Assembly (NCBI RefSeq): GCF_004010195.1
Contig: NC_057719.1
Coordinates: 12,501,969-12,565,968, forward strand
DNA from: Chiloscyllium plagiosum
Lineage: Eukaryota
Direction of reading: 5' to 3'
Length of the DNA stretch: 64,000 nucleotides
Shown: positions 39,034-52,820 of the stretch, in pieces
Layout: every line of letters begins with the position of its first letter
Position numbering within the stretch: the first letter of the stretch is position 1
Notes under the pieces: model-generated
What the model was told of the DNA's origin: nothing
Database searches by the model: none
Seen by the model: the letters and a program-made list of their open reading frames with translations, nothing else
Program-made: the position numbers and the translations under genes

Positions 39034-42000
39034 ATGAACATAGAACATTATGTTGCAGTACAGGCTCTTCGTCCCTTGATGTTGCACTGACCTGTGGAAC
39101 CAATTTGAAGCCTATCTATCCTACACTGTTCCATTTTCATCCATATAGTTATCCAATGACCATTTAAGTGCCTTTAAACCTGGCAAGTCTACTACTGTCG
39201 CAGGCAGTGTGTTTCACGCCCGTACTACTCTGAGTAAAGAAACCACCTCTGATATGTGTCCTATATCTATCACCCTTCAATTTATAGCTATGTCCTCTCA
39301 TGCTAGCCATCACCTTCCAAGGAAGTAGGCTTTCACTGTAAACCCTACTAAACCCTCTGATTATCTTATATGTCTCAATTAAGTCACCTCTTAACGTTCT
39401 TTAACAAAAATAGCCTCAAGTCCCTCAGCCTTTCCTTATAAGACCTTCCCTCCATACCAGGCAACATCATAGTAAATCTCCTCTGAACCCATTCCAAAGC
39501 TTCGACATCCTTCCTATAATGCGGGTGACTAGAACTATACGCAATACTCCAAGTGCAGCTGCAGAGATTTGTACAGCTGCAGCATGACCTCGTGGCTCCG
39601 AAACTCAATTCCTCTACCAATAAAAGCTAACACACCGTATGCCTTCTTAACAACCTTATCAAAATGGGTGGCAACTTTCAGGGATCTATGTACATGGACA
39701 CTGAGATCTCTCTGCTCTTCTAGACCACCAAGAATCTTACCATTAGCCCAGCACTCACCTCACACTTTTACACACTAAACTCCATTTGCCACCTTTCAGC
39801 CCAGACCTGCAGCTTATCTATGTCCCTCTGTAACCTGCAACATCCTTCCACACTGTCCACAATTCTACCAACCCCCGAGTGTCATCAGCAAATTTACTAA
39901 CCCATCCTTCTACATCCTTATAAAAATGACCAACAGCAATGGCTCCAAAACAGATCCTTGAGGTACACCACTAGTAACTGAACACCAGGATGAACATTTC
40001 CCATCTATCACCACCCTCTATCTTCTTTCACCTAGCTAATTTCTGATCCAAACCACTAAATCATCCTCAATCCCATGCCTCCATATTTTCTGCAGTAGCC
40101 TACCGTGGGGAACCTTATCAAACGCCTTACTGAAATCCATATACACCACACCAACCGCTTTACCCTCGTCCACCTGTTTGGTCACCATCTCAAAGAATTC
40201 AATAAGGTATGAGGCATGACCTACCCTCACAAAACCGTGGTGACTATCCCTAATCAACTTATTCTTCTCTAGATGACTATAAATCCGATCTCTTATAACC
40301 GTGTCCAACACTTTACCCACAACCGAAGTAAGGCTCACTGGTTTATAATTACTAGGGTTGTCTCTATTTCCCTTCTTGAACAAGGGGTAACATATTATAT
40401 CTTCCAGTGTTCTGGCACTATTCCTTTAGACAATGACAACATAAAGATCAAAGCCAAAGGCTCTGCAATCTCCTCCCTGGCTTCCCAGAGAAACTGAGAA
40501 TAAATCCCATCCGGCCCAGTGGACTTATCTATTTTCACACTCTCTAGAATTGCAAACACCTCCATCTTGTGAACCACAATCCCGTTTAGTCCAGTAGCCT
40601 GTAGCTCAGTATTCTCCTCGACAACATTGTCTTTTCCCAGTGTAAATACGGAGGAAAAATATTCATTTGGTGCTTCCCCATCTCCTCAGACTCCACACAC
40701 AACTTCCCACTACTATCCTTGATTGGCCCTAATCTTTCTCTCGTCATTCTTTTATTCCTGACATACCTATAGAAGGCTTTAGACTTTTCCTTGATCCTAT
40801 CTGCCAATGACTTCTCATGTCCCCTCCTGGCTCTTCTTAGCTCTCCCATTTGGTCTTTCTTGGCTAACTTCAAGCACCCTAACTGAGCCTTCAAGTCTCA
40901 TCCTAACATGAGCCTTCTTCTTCCTCTTGACAAAAGATTCAGCTTCTTTAGTAAACCACGGCTCCCTCGCTCAGCTACTTCCTCCCTGTCTGACAGGCAC
41001 ATACTTATCAAGGACATGCAGTAGTTATTCTTTGAATAAGTACCACATTTCAATTGTGCCCATCCCCTTAAGTTTCCTTCCATCCTATGCATCCTAAATC
41101 TTGCTGAATCGCATCATAATTGCCTCTTCTCCAGCAATAACTCTTGCCCTGTGTTATATATCTATCCCTTTCCATTGCTAAAGTAAACATAACCGAATTG
41201 TGGTCACTATCACCAAAGAGCTCACCTACCTCCAAATCCAACACCTGGCCTGGTTTATTATCAGTACCAAGTTCAATTTGGCCTCGTCCCTTGTTGGCTT
41301 GTCTACATACTGTTAGGAAACCCTCCTGCACACATTGGACAAAAACTGACCCAACGAACGTACTTGAACTATAGTATTTCCAGTCAATATTTGGAAAGTG
41401 AAAATCCCCCATAACAACTATCCTGTTACTTTTGCTCCTATCCAGAATCATCTTTGCTATCCATTCCTCTATATTCTGGAACTATGTGGAGGCCTATAGA
41501 AAACTCCCAATAAGGTGACCTCCTTTCCTGTTTCTACTACCTCAGTAGACAAGTCCTCATCAAACGTCCTTTCTGCCACCGTAATACTGTCCTTGACTAA
41601 CAATGCCACACCTCCCATCTTTTACCATCTTCTCTGTTCCTACTGAAACATCTAGATCCCAGGACCTGCAACAACCATTCCTGTCCCTGGTCTATCCATG
41701 TCTCCGAAGTAGCCACAACATTGGAGTCCCACGTACGAACCCATGCTGCAAGTTCACCCACTTTTTTCCGGATGCTCCTGGTGTTGAAGTAGACACACTT
41801 CAAACCACCTTCCTGCTTGCCAGTGAACTCTTGCAACCTTGAAACCTCATTTATGACCTCACTATTCTCAAACTCCTGGATACTGGAACGACAATTTAGA
41901 TTCCCATCACCCTGCTGAATTAGCTTAAACCCTCTCGAAGAGCATTACCAAACATTCCCCTAGGATATTGATACCCACTGGTTCAGGAGTAGACCATCCT

Positions 42001-42304
42001 ATTTGGATAGGTACCATCTACCCCAAAATGAGCCACAATTATCCAGGTATCCGAAACCCTCTCTCCTGCACCATCCCTGTAGCCACGCGTTCAACTCCTC
42101 TTTCCCTATTCCTTGTCTTGCTAGCATGTGGCACAGGCAACAAACCAGAGATAACAACTCTGTTCGTTCTCGCACTAAGCTTCCACCCTCGCTCCCTGAA
42201 TTTCTGCCTTTAATCCCCATCCCTTTTTCTACCTATGTTGTTAGCATCTATGTGGACCATGACTTGGGGCTGCTCCCCTTCCCCCTCAAGGATCCCAAAA
42301 ACAC
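39034..42304 (-). mobile_element. CR1 LINE (ORF1 esterase end, endonuclease, RT, 3' tail), decayed
   Basis: ORF fragments KCVYFNTRSIRKK, VMGDFHFPNIDW, YMDFSKAFDKVPH, VQRRFT; 3' repeat (TTCTATG) at ~39035-39048. Confidence 0.92.
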
Positions 42305-42355
42305 GCTTCTAGGAATTCTCGTGCATGTCTCTCTTTAGCTTGTCCTAGTCAAAGT

Positions 42356-42560
42356 TATGAGAGCATGGTGCTGGAAAAGCACAGCAGGTCAGGCAGCAAC
42401 ACAGGCACAGGAGAATTGACGTTTCGGACATAAGCTGATGAAGGGTTTATGCCCAAAAGGTCGATTCTCCTGCTCCTCGGATGCTGCCTGACCTGCTGTG
42501 CTTTTCTAGCACCAGACTCTCGACGCTAATCTCCAGCATCTACAGTCCTCACTTTCTCTC
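42356..42560. mobile_element. Fold-back Penelope-terminus insertion
   Basis: Inverted arms meeting at ~42435 inside the hammerhead; TSD agtcaaagt at 42347-42355 and 42561-42569. Confidence 0.8.
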
Positions 42561-45500
42561 AGTCAAAGTGGTGTCCCTCCTTGTCTGTATGTAAGGATAC
42601 TAGTGATAGTGGGTCATGTCTTTTTGTAGCTAGTTGATGTTCATGTATCCTGGTGGCTAGTTTTCTGTCTGTTTGTCCGATGTAGTGTTTGTTACAGTGC
42701 CTGCGTGGTATTTTGTAAATGACATTTGTTTTGCTGGTTGTTTGTATAGGGTCGTTTTGATTCATTAGCCACTATTTAAGTGTGTTGGTAGGTTTGTGGG
42801 CTACCATGATGCCAAGAGGTCTGGATGTAAGGTAATGTGACTAGAGTTTCTGGGCGCGTTGTGTCTGCTTGTTTGGGTTTGTTATTGAGAAATCAGCGGA
42901 CTATGTTTATTGGGTGTCTGTTCTTCTTAAATATGCTGTATAGGTATTTTTCTTCTGCCCTTCGTAGTTCCTGGGTGCTGCAGTGGGTTGTGGCTTGTTG
43001 TAACACTGCCCTGATGCAGATCAGTTTGTGGGTGTTGGGATGATTGCTTCTGTGTTATTTTCCTATAAATTTACAAAATACCATGCAAGGACTGTAACAA
43101 ACAAACTTAAATATAAGGCAGGAATTATCAGCAGTGCTTCACCTGAGGCCCACTGAAGATGTTACCTAGTAGGGGGACAAAACGTCTGGAAATGAACCTT
43201 CCAGTTCAGCAAGCAAACCTACATCCACAAACACTACATCAGATAAACAGGATACATGAACATCAACAATCCACAAAAAGACATGATCCTCTATCACTAG
43301 TATCCGGAAATACAGACGATGAAGGTCACCACTTTGACTGGGACAACATATCCATCCTAGGATAAGCTAAACAGAGACATACATATCACCTACCCTAAGA
43401 AGCTAAGACACAAATAGAAGGTGGGACAATAACACTAGCACTTCACCAGAAGCTCACTGATATTGTTATTGTTACTGATATTGACAAAATGTCTGAAAAT
43501 GAACCTTTCAGCTCAGTGAGCAAACTTACACCCAAAGTTTTTGTTGAGTTGAGTTTTAACCCACATTTACTTGCTGGCAGCCTCTCCCATGAAGGTCCTT
43601 CCTCTGCCCAAAGCTTGCAGAAAAGCTGTGTGGGAGGAAAGCAGATGCCACATGCATACCATTCCAAAAAATACACTTTAACAGAAATGAATGTTAAACT
43701 AAAAACAGGAGGCCAGTATTACATTTATTAGTCTAGTAGGAATTAGAACTTTCACAGCTGAATATAAAGAGCAGAGAAAGCAACACACTGGCATAGTTTC
43801 AACCTTAAATAATTACTTTCCTCTTTCAAATAAAATTAACAATGATAAGACTTCCACCTTAAAAAGAACACTATAACATTCTTATCCTTTTCTTCTTAAG
43901 GTGAAGCAATGCATGGCTTTATAGATTACTCTAAACTCTATACAAATACATCTTACCATTGAGATGAGCCTCAAATATAACTTGATGATGTCCAAATAAG
44001 CAGCTACTCTTAGCGTGTATGCTCTAAATCTGTTTCAATGTGCAGCATTTCTCCCTCCCACTTCACTAGTCAAACAAACTTAAGATGCTTTGTGAGATTA
44101 CTTGCCTTGAAATTACACAAGTTTATGAAAAGCAAACTGAAGTAAAATACAGAGGGGGACAGGGGTGATGTCGGAGAAATAGTAGGATTAGCAATTCACT
44201 GAGAATAAAGGGGCTTTTTTTCCAGTGACAGTGGTAAGGCCAGTAATTATAAAATCAGTCAGCGGCAAAGAATAAAGAACTGCAATATTTAGTTAAGATG
44301 AAAAGAAAATTGGAACTTTTCACCACAGATTTCAGACAAGTCAGACTTGCTTGATAAGCCTAATGAGATTTTTAGAAGAGGTATGGGGGAAATGGACTTT
44401 CAGCAAACCTTTGACAAGGAAACACATACAATTAAGAAGATTGATAAGTATGCAATTGGGGCAAGTTTCAAATTAGATTAAAATTTATTTGAAAGAGAAG
44501 AGATGGAAAGCAACTGTTAAGAAACAATTTCTCAAGATGGTTAGAAATAGGATCAGTTCTGAATCTACATCTGTTCATAAGACATTAATAATTTGGACAA
44601 CGGGCTAGATGGAGTGGCATTCAATTGTGAGGATTAACCTGAAATAGGATTGAAGTTCTGCAGAAGGGGTTACTGAAGAGATAAAGTTAACATAATAAGT
44701 GTCAGATGACATATAGTGTCAGCTTCCCTGGGCTAGTGACTGTTGAGCCGGGGAAATAATCTCAAGATAAAAGGTATGCCATCTAGGACAGATGAGGAAT
44801 TTCTTCATTTGGTGAACCTTTGAAATTTGTTATTATGATCAGCTATGGAAGTCCAATCATTAAACATGTTCAAGAAAGAAATCAAAAGGTTTTTGGAGAC
44901 TACTGAGAGATTGAGATAATGTGGAAGAGTGGCATTCAGGCAGAAAGTCAGACCTAATTGAATGGCAGTGCATGCCCAATGGCTGAATGGCCTATTGTTG
45001 TTCCCATGTTCTCAAGGCATGAAAATACACCAACACTTTAAGACCATTAATACATATTTTAACAAGATTACACTTGGTGGAGTGTTTGACATGGTCCATG
45101 CTCAGCATGGTCAGGATGGGCCAAATTGTTCCTTTCTGTGCTGCATCTCTGGTTTCTATGATGTGTAGTTTTCATCTCCAAACAGTGTGAAAAATGTTGA
45201 AGCAAAGGAGACAGTGGCACTGATTCCTAATATGCAACTTAGTACGAGAAACAACAAACATAAAGACAAATATCAGTCTGTTCTCATTGCAATAGCAGCG
45301 ATTACAAGATAAGTTGTTTGATGTTTAAAACTATAAAAGGATACGATGGGTTAGATAACATTTCTGGTATGAGGAGTCTAGGGTGAAGATAGATACTGCA
45401 AAATCACATTGATAATCTGTTGTAGAAGTGTGGGTTGCGGGATAACTATTTACATTGTGCCATAATATCTTTTATTTCGATTTAAGGGGGCCAGACAAAA

Positions 45501-45765
45501 CCTCTAATTTTAAAGTCTCATTCAAAAGTTTGCACTCAACTATGAGACCAGATTATGTGCTCACTTCTGGAGTGAGGCTTAAAAATCACAAACTGCTGAC
45601 TTAGGTGAGAGCCAAGGTTGACTCTTGCAGAAATACAGCTAAATAGTAAATACATGTTTAACAGATCTATGAATACGTAATCCAACATTTCTGTTTTTCT
45701 TCTGAACCTTTTCACTTTCCATTCAAGAGCATTAAAAAAGTAGAGGAGTGAGTGAATGTCAAGAG

Positions 45766-46336
45766 TTATCTTGTTTTAGATCATAATCATTCTGCTCTAA
45801 AAGCACACAAACTAGTAGGAAAGGATATTCAGTACAGTCAAGTGCACAACACAATAAAGTCCACAATGTAAAGGATTCATTGCACTATTATGTTGTTTGA
45901 TTTTGACATTAGAAATAGATGAAGAGGTTTTTAAATTAACTTTTAGTAAAATAAGCACATTTTGAAGGGAAGTGTTGAATGGCCAAAGCACTTGCTGATT
46001 TTCAATGTCGAATGTTATTTTGTTTTAGATCATAATGATTCTGTTCTAAAAGCATACAAATTAGCAAGAAGGGTTATTCAATAGAGGGACAAATGCTTCC
46101 CCCATGAACTCCTGATAATGTCAATGACTGGCTGTGTTATCTGGTTGATGGACCAACCTTGACTCTACAGCTTGTAAATGGCTAAACCCAAATTGCATAA
46201 TGTAAAGGATACACTGCACTAAACATGTTGTTTGGTTTTGGCATTAGAAATAGGTAAAGAGGTTTTTAGATTAACTTTTAGTAAAATAAACACATTCTGG
46301 AGGTCAGGGTTGAAGGGCCAAAGCATTTGCTGATTG
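45766..46336 (+). repeat. Diverged tandem duplication (~235 bp and ~320 bp copies)
   Basis: TTGTTTTAGATCATAAT.ATTCTG.TCTAAAAGCA and AATGTAAAGGAT...TTAACTTTTAGTAAAATAA...GGCCAAAGCA.TTGCTGATT both occur twice in the same order. Confidence 0.88.
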
Positions 46337-46984
46337 TGATAATGTTGTATGTCAACACCAGATGCAAGGCATTTCACAACTTGAAATCATGATCCTGCCA
46401 ACAAGGACAAGTCAGCTTCCCTCCACCCAGAAGTTCAACGATTCTATTTACTCCTTTCAAATCACAATCTTTCTTACACCAGATTTCAGTTCATATCTTT
46501 TCACCCCTTACAACCACAGAAAGTTCAAATCTCTTTGAAAACATCCACAAAACAGTTCACTGTATTGTTACAGTTTAGTGATATAAATTTAAAAATCACA
46601 ACTCAAAGCAGCAATTAATTTTAATTTTAAAGAAGACAACACAAAGTATACCTGAAAAGCAATGACAAGTCAATTCAATTCTTGGAAACACATGTGAAAC
46701 TCTTGAGGGTTTTTAAACGAGTGCAGTGTTTTAGTGTTCAATTAAATGTTTCCTATCTGAACTACAATAGAAATCTGTCAGGATTTATTGTCTCAAGGGT
46801 CCACCAATCAAGAACAATAGACATTGAACATGGACTGATTTAGGCTCAGCTGTTTTTCCTTTACAATTAAATAGTGCAGAGAGAGTCAATCTCTGGTCAC
46901 TCTAAGAATGGAGATGGGAAAGAGTGGCTGGTTTTTGAAGTGACTCACAATTAAGGAAATTAGAGCAACCAAAAATCAAGTGAA

Positions 46985-47880
46985 GGGAGCGGCATTATGA
47001 AGTTTGCAGCTGACAAGACTTGGCACGGTAGTAGATGGTGATCTGTAAGCTGACTTAGAATGGATGATGAAACAGAGAGAAACATAGCAGATGAAGTTCA
47101 TTGTGGAGATGTGTTGGGAGGATTATTCTGAAAGGTTATACACTATAAATCAGATAAGTACAGATCAGCAGTGAGAACTTGTGGCTCCTTGACACAAATC
47201 CTTATAGGTGGTAGGGCAAGTTGATACAGTAGTTAAAAAAAGCAAGTGAATACTTGTGTTTATAAATAGAGGAAACAGAATATTAATAATTAATACAGCT
47301 CATGCTGAACTTTACAAATCACTGTTCAGCTTCATCTGGAGTATGATGGGTAATTCTTGGTAAGGAAACTTGCCAAGAGTATCAGAAAGGTTACAGAGGA
47401 CATTTACTGGGGATGAGGAACTGCAGTTATGAGGAGCAGGAGGAAAAATTAGGATTGTTCTTCTTGAAATTAAGACATGACTTAATGGAAGGTTTCAAGA
47501 TTAAAATAAGACATTGGAATAAATTAGGAATAAAAATAATCATGAGGGGCATAGTTAAGGTGAATAGCCAATGTCTTTTTCCAAGGGTAGGGGAATCCAG
47601 AACTAGAGAGCATAGGTTTAAGGTGAAACTGGAAAGATTTAAAAGGGACCTGAGGGGCAACTTTTTCCACACAGAGGGTGGTACATGTCTGGAATGAGAT
47701 GCCAGAGGAAGTGTTAAAGGCAGGTACAATTACAACATTTAAAAGAAATTTGGACAGGTACATGAATAGGAAAGGTTTAAAGGAATATGGGCCAAATGCA
47801 GCTGAATGTAACTAGTTTAGTTTATGATAGCTGGATGAGTTGGACAAAAGGGTCTGTTTCCATGCTGTATAACTCCGAAT
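46985..47880 (+). mobile_element. Old CR1 RT remnant plus a younger CR1 3' end (~47538-47875)
   Basis: KFAAD-like start; LFPRVGESRTREHRFKV...RDLRGNFF. Confidence 0.75.
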
Positions 47881-48671
47881 GAAGCAATATCAAGTAGCCA
47901 TTAATTTAGTAACATTGGAAATGGAATTGGAGGAGAAGAAGAAAATTTTGATTTACTCAATTGTCAGATCTAGAATGCTAGATGTTAAAAGATGGTGAAA
48001 CAACACTAAGTACCAAAAACTAAGCAATACAGAAAGTGGCATCAAGATTGAAGAACCTTGCAGAGTTATGGACAAAAAGCTGGCCTTGAGCTTGAGTAGG
48101 GCTGCACTTTCAACAAGCCAGCACAGGCATGGTAAACCCAATTGACTACATGCTCTATGATATACACCAAAAGGTGTATAAGAGGGGAAAAAGAAATAAA
48201 ATTGACAACACCCCGCCTCTACATTAAACAATTCAGCTCTTCTTTTCAACCTTGGTACTGCACTGTACTCCAGACTTTGGCCCTTTGCCAAAGTTTCTTA
48301 AAGAATAACAAAAAAAGGAGATAAATAACTTAACCTTCCCCGACAGCAAAAAGGCCACATAAAACTGTTTGATTGGTGTGCTTGACCTTTTCCTCCCTCA
48401 TTAAGAAATATAATTCTACAAATGTCTCTTCACATCTTCACAGTTTTAAAATCCAAAATAATTTTTGCTCTTCTTTGAGCCTTTTGCGATACTTGGGATG
48501 CTTTTACAAAACACAGAGGGGTTATAAATTATACATTATATTCCCTGAGAAGAAGAAAGTGACCAGTATACGGATAGGGAAATTTACTATAAGCATCCAC
48601 TTTCATGACTGGTTTCAGCAAGCAATGCTGTTCTTGCCTTTCTGGATGCAACAGCTCTTGGAATAAAAACT

Positions 48672-48875
48672 AAAAGGTAAAGTTACCATAGCCCCAAAGG
48701 GCTTATCTCTCCTCATTTGAGAGTGAAGTGGTGGCTTAACTTAAGGGTCACCATGCACCAGGCAAGGAGAGAGGCTGAGAAGGAGAGTCATTCATGGTAA
48801 CCTCAGCCATTCCAGGAATTGAACCCACACTATTGGTATCATTCTGCATCAGAGACCAGCCATCCAGTAAACCAA
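48672..48875 (-). mobile_element. tRNA-derived SINE (related inverted copy at ~51080-51295 on plus)
   Basis: GGGTTCAATTCC B-box and shared GTTACCATGAA..CTC.CCTTCTCA...TTAA.CCACCA...CTTTACCTTT tail in both copies. Confidence 0.6.
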
Positions 48876-51469
48876 CCTTCTTCTTGATATGTTGTTCAAA
48901 TGGATGACAACAACTTAGTGATGATTGTTGGGGTAATCAACTGATGAGCATAACTGAAACCTTGCCATAATTTCCAACAGATCATATCAGTTAGGAATAG
49001 AAACTATTCCCAAGATTTCCCTTTCTTATCCTGAGGATAATGGCCAACTGTAGTGTCCTTGAGGAGATCATCTAAATTGGTAGTGCTTTTGGGCCAAACT
49101 TACAACTTTCCAGTATAGTAGACCAAGTAATGCATGCAGTTCCAGTCATGGTTTGGTAGATATAAATCTTGGCTAGACGCAAATAGTTGCATGTTCAAGT
49201 CCAACTCCAGAGTCTGTAGCACAATAATCAGCATTCCAAGGCAAAGTGCATTTAGAAGTGTTGGCTTTTTGGATCAGAAATGGAACATTTATTCCACTGT
49301 ACCTCTCATTTGGTCATTATCATATTACTGTTTAGAAGAATTTTTTGAGTACAAAGTAATTGTTATATTTCCGACCTAACAACAATGAAATTCAAAAATT
49401 TTCATTCACGGTGATGCATTTTGGAGAACTACAGGTTGTGAAAATGCACTACAGAAACACATACTCTCTTTTTCTTTTGCATTTGACAAATTTCATTTCA
49501 GCAGAAGAGGTTAGGAGAGCTCTAGAAAGTAATTTCAGAAGTAAAATGATGAACAATTGCACAGTACCATTACAAGTCACAGTGGAAGCACAATGGAAAT
49601 GAACTGTGTTTGGAATTTTCTTTTGAAGATTTGTAATTTTTATGGCTTAGAAAGCAAATGTTAACAAGCCACAATACCATCAGGGACATCAAAGCAGGTC
49701 ACGACTTTATTTTCACAAAATGCTTAGAGTTAACTGGTTTTCAGCAGAGATCACTACACAGCAGTCGTGACACGGAGGCCTAGATGATTCTTACTTCTTA
49801 CTAGTGCAGAGGTACAGCAGCCTACACTAGACCCCTTCCTTCAGCTTTCACTGAGATCACCTAATGCAGCACAACAAAAACGTCAAATCTGTCAATGCAG
49901 ACACACTGAATAGCCTCTACTACACAATAACAATTCTGTGATTCTGCAGCTCAGAAAGACACTTTTAAGTTAAAAATGGCAAAAAGATCAACTGTGTTGC
50001 TTATCTTCAAAGTACCTTAAGCTGATAGAAATTGAGGAGACATCATAACAGTTGGCAACTAGACTAATCAAGCTCCTTCCCATTATATTATTCTGTACCT
50101 TAACCATCCTCCCCAAGGGAATATTTGCACTGACATTCTCTGATCATCCTTAACCTGTTATTTAACCTTAGCCTGCGAATCTTAACATTCCTTGTTTCAC
50201 ATCACATGAACAACTGCTACAGAATGAAATGACCTTGTGCTGTAGTTCTACAATATTGAGATGGATGAATGACAGAAAACAGTATTGATATCAGATCACC
50301 TACTCAAGCTTATTTGTAGATATTGAAGAAAGGAAAAATAAATAATATAACACCAATATAACATCAGAGCTATATCATCAGAGCTTTCTCAATGCCTCAT
50401 TCAAATTGTGGTGTGGCACTGATTCAGACATTCCAGGATGATCCCAGATATGAGCAATAGTCTGTACTGAGTTATCCAATTTTAGCCATGAAGCTATTGC
50501 ACCTTCCAATGTTTATCAAACCATCTCTTTGAAATAATTATGAACATCAAGGGAGAACAGGCATAATTAAGCTTTCCCTACGATAAATTGGCTGGCTGAC
50601 AGGCTGATTCTGAATGAACAGCACTGCACTGCACAGTAAGTACTGGACAGCTACCAGAATAAGTTTCTATTGTTGAATTACCTGGAAAGATTTCACACAT
50701 TGTTTGCAAAAGCAAATTAAAAATATATTTAAAATAACTTCAGAAAAGTCTGACTATTGTGAAATCAAATTTGAAAATGGCATTTAGATTTTTGGAAGCA
50801 TTTCCCTACCAAAAAAAATGTTAATACTCAAGTAGAAAAAAATCTTAGATGACTCTATGACTTCAAGAGGACCAAACTGCAATTGTCCTTATATTATACA
50901 TTACATGTGTCTGAATGAACAACTAGCCAACGACCTTCATCTACTCTATCCAGAAAAACTTAATCTTCCACATACAACTGGAGAAGTCAGTACTTTACTG
51001 AAAGCTTTGAAGAAAACTATCCATTTTGTTCAATTTCTCTGATGTTTTTGTTTTGGTTGCTGTTTCCTGGGTTTAGTATCTTAGTTGGTGGACAGCTGGT
51101 TTGCAATGCAGAGTGATCCAACAGCATTGGTTCAATTTACACATGGAGTTTGAAGTTACCATGAAGGAGTCTCCTTCTCAATGTCTCCCCTCATCTGAAG
51201 CATGTGGCCCTCAGGTTAAACCATCAACATCTCTCTCTCCAAAGAGAGAGCAACTCTATGGTCTAGTAGGGCTACGGTGACTTTATCTTTACCTTTCACT
51301 GTTTTGCTAGGATATCAACAATCTCTCATACTTTCATTCAAAATACAACTTCTGTTTTCCTTCCGCATTTGTTGACTTTTTAAAAAAAAGACTATGCTGT
51401 CAAATAACCAGCAGAATCATTTGATCTGGTGTATTCCTCGTCTCAGAACCAAGGGAATTTACTGTGATC

Positions 51470-51715
51470 TGAGTGTGATTAAGTGAATGTGTGAGGCAAA
51501 CTGCATGAATGAGTAAGTGAGTTAATGATAAAATGAGGAAAGCTGATTGAGCAAGTAAACAAATGAGTGATACAAGTTGAGTGAGTGAACAAATGAATGG
51601 GGGAAGAAGGCAAGTTGAGTGAGTGAATGAGAAAAGTTGAGTGAGACAAGTGGGCTGAATGAGAGTGAGTTAGGCAAGCTAAATGAATAAGTGAGTAATG
51701 CAAGCAATGTGAAGA
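51470..51715 (+). repeat. Degenerate (GAGT/GAAT)n purine-rich simple repeat
   Basis: Repeated TGAGTGAGTGAA-like units. Confidence 0.8.
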
Positions 51716-51724
51716 GACTTTTTA

Positions 51725-52175
51725 AATTCAGTCATGGGATATGGATGTCACTGGCTGGCCAGCATTTATTGCCCACTCTTAGTTGCTCTTAAGGAGATGG
51801 AAGGAGTGAGGGACTTGATGAAACATTGCCGTCCATGTGCTATCGGTTGACCCACAATGCTTTCTGGGAATGAATTCAATGGTTGTGACCCAGCGACAGT
51901 GAAAAAAACAGGGATATATTTCCAAGTCAGGATGGTGAGTGGCTTGCATGGGAACTTACAGGTGGTGATATTCCCATGTATCTGCTGCCCTTGTCCTCCT
52001 AGATGAAAGGTGTTGTCTAAGGACTTTTGGTGAATTTCTGTAGAGTATCTTGTAGACAGTATCAGCAATGTGCATTAAGCATTCATGGTGGAGGGAATGG
52101 ATGTTTTTTGATGTAGTGCCAGTCATGTGGGCTGCATTGTTCTGGATAGTGTCAAGCTTCTTCAGCTCTTGTTGT
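51725..52175 (-). mobile_element. L2-like LINE 3' fragment
   Basis: KKLDTIQNNAA, ITTCKFPCKPLTILTW; same family as 28625-29300. Confidence 0.78.
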
Positions 52176-52589
52176 GAGTGAGGAAATCTTAGAGAAAATC
52201 TGAGTGAGCGAGGCAAGCTGAGTGAGAAAATAAAAACAGAAACAGTATGATTCCTCTTCAGGACAGTTTTCTCGCCAGTTGCATGATTCTGCTTGTTTCA
52301 GATCGCCAGCCTCCGCAGTTCTTTTTGTCTCAGAAGGGCTGCCTGATCTAGCACAGTGTTGGTCTGGATTTGACAGGTCGGTCACACGGGGGACCCTGAC
52401 ACTTGTGGCTGTGACAGGCAGAGAAGTCCCTCTGCGGCCAAACAGAAACTTCCAGGACAGTGGCCAACTCCATAGTGACAGGAGAACAACTCAGCAGCGC
52501 CTTGTCCACCTGATACAACCCCTCAGTGCCACCGCGTTTCTTTAAAAAGAAAGCAAACCGACAGATCACCACAAACGAACATCACTTAC

Positions 52590-52660
52590 CCCTCGCGGAG
52601 GACTCCAATCCACAATATCAGCCAAACCGGCACTGCCTGCCGGCCGGCCGCCTAGCGACC
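52590..52660 (-). other. ENTPD5: Probable non-coding first exon of ENTPD5 (5' end uncertain)
   Basis: Consensus donor GGG|gtaagt at 52589-52584 on the edge of the CpG-rich region, just downstream (minus strand) of GC boxes; TSS cannot be determined from sequence. Confidence 0.6.
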
Positions 52661-52806
52661 GCCCCGCCCCCATTACACCCCAGCTTCTTGGTCCGCCTCC
52701 TGCGGTCTACGTCACGCGCAATGGTGTGCGCGTTCCGACGTCATCCGTCATTCGCGTCGAACGTCACCGTCCCCCCCCACCCCGGCCCTTCCCTCCGAAA
52801 CACCCG

Positions 52807-52820
52807 GTTTCCATGGTGAC
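52807..52820. promoter_or_regulatory. RFX X-box
   Basis: GTTTCCATGGTGAC versus the consensus GTTNCCATGGNAAC (one mismatch); about 400 bp upstream of the ATG of a motile-cilia gene. Confidence 0.7.

Larger units (their letters stand above)
38767..43535. mobile_element. Penelope (Poseidon-like) element with inverted 3' duplication, split by a CR1 and by a short PLE insertion
   Basis: GIY-YIG NVIYKIP..HCNKHYIGQTDRKLATRIHEH (42559-42765, minus); terminus 38767-39033 (minus); inverted copy ~43060-43535 (plus) with degenerate hammerhead cca-CTGAAGA...AAACGTC-tgg at 43150-43189; candidate TSD agtttctgttga (38755-38766) / agtttttgttga (43536-43547). Confidence 0.75.

Noticed and set aside
51479..51707. 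His/Ser/Leu-rich ORFs
   Set aside because: Translation of a degenerate (GAGT)n simple repeat.
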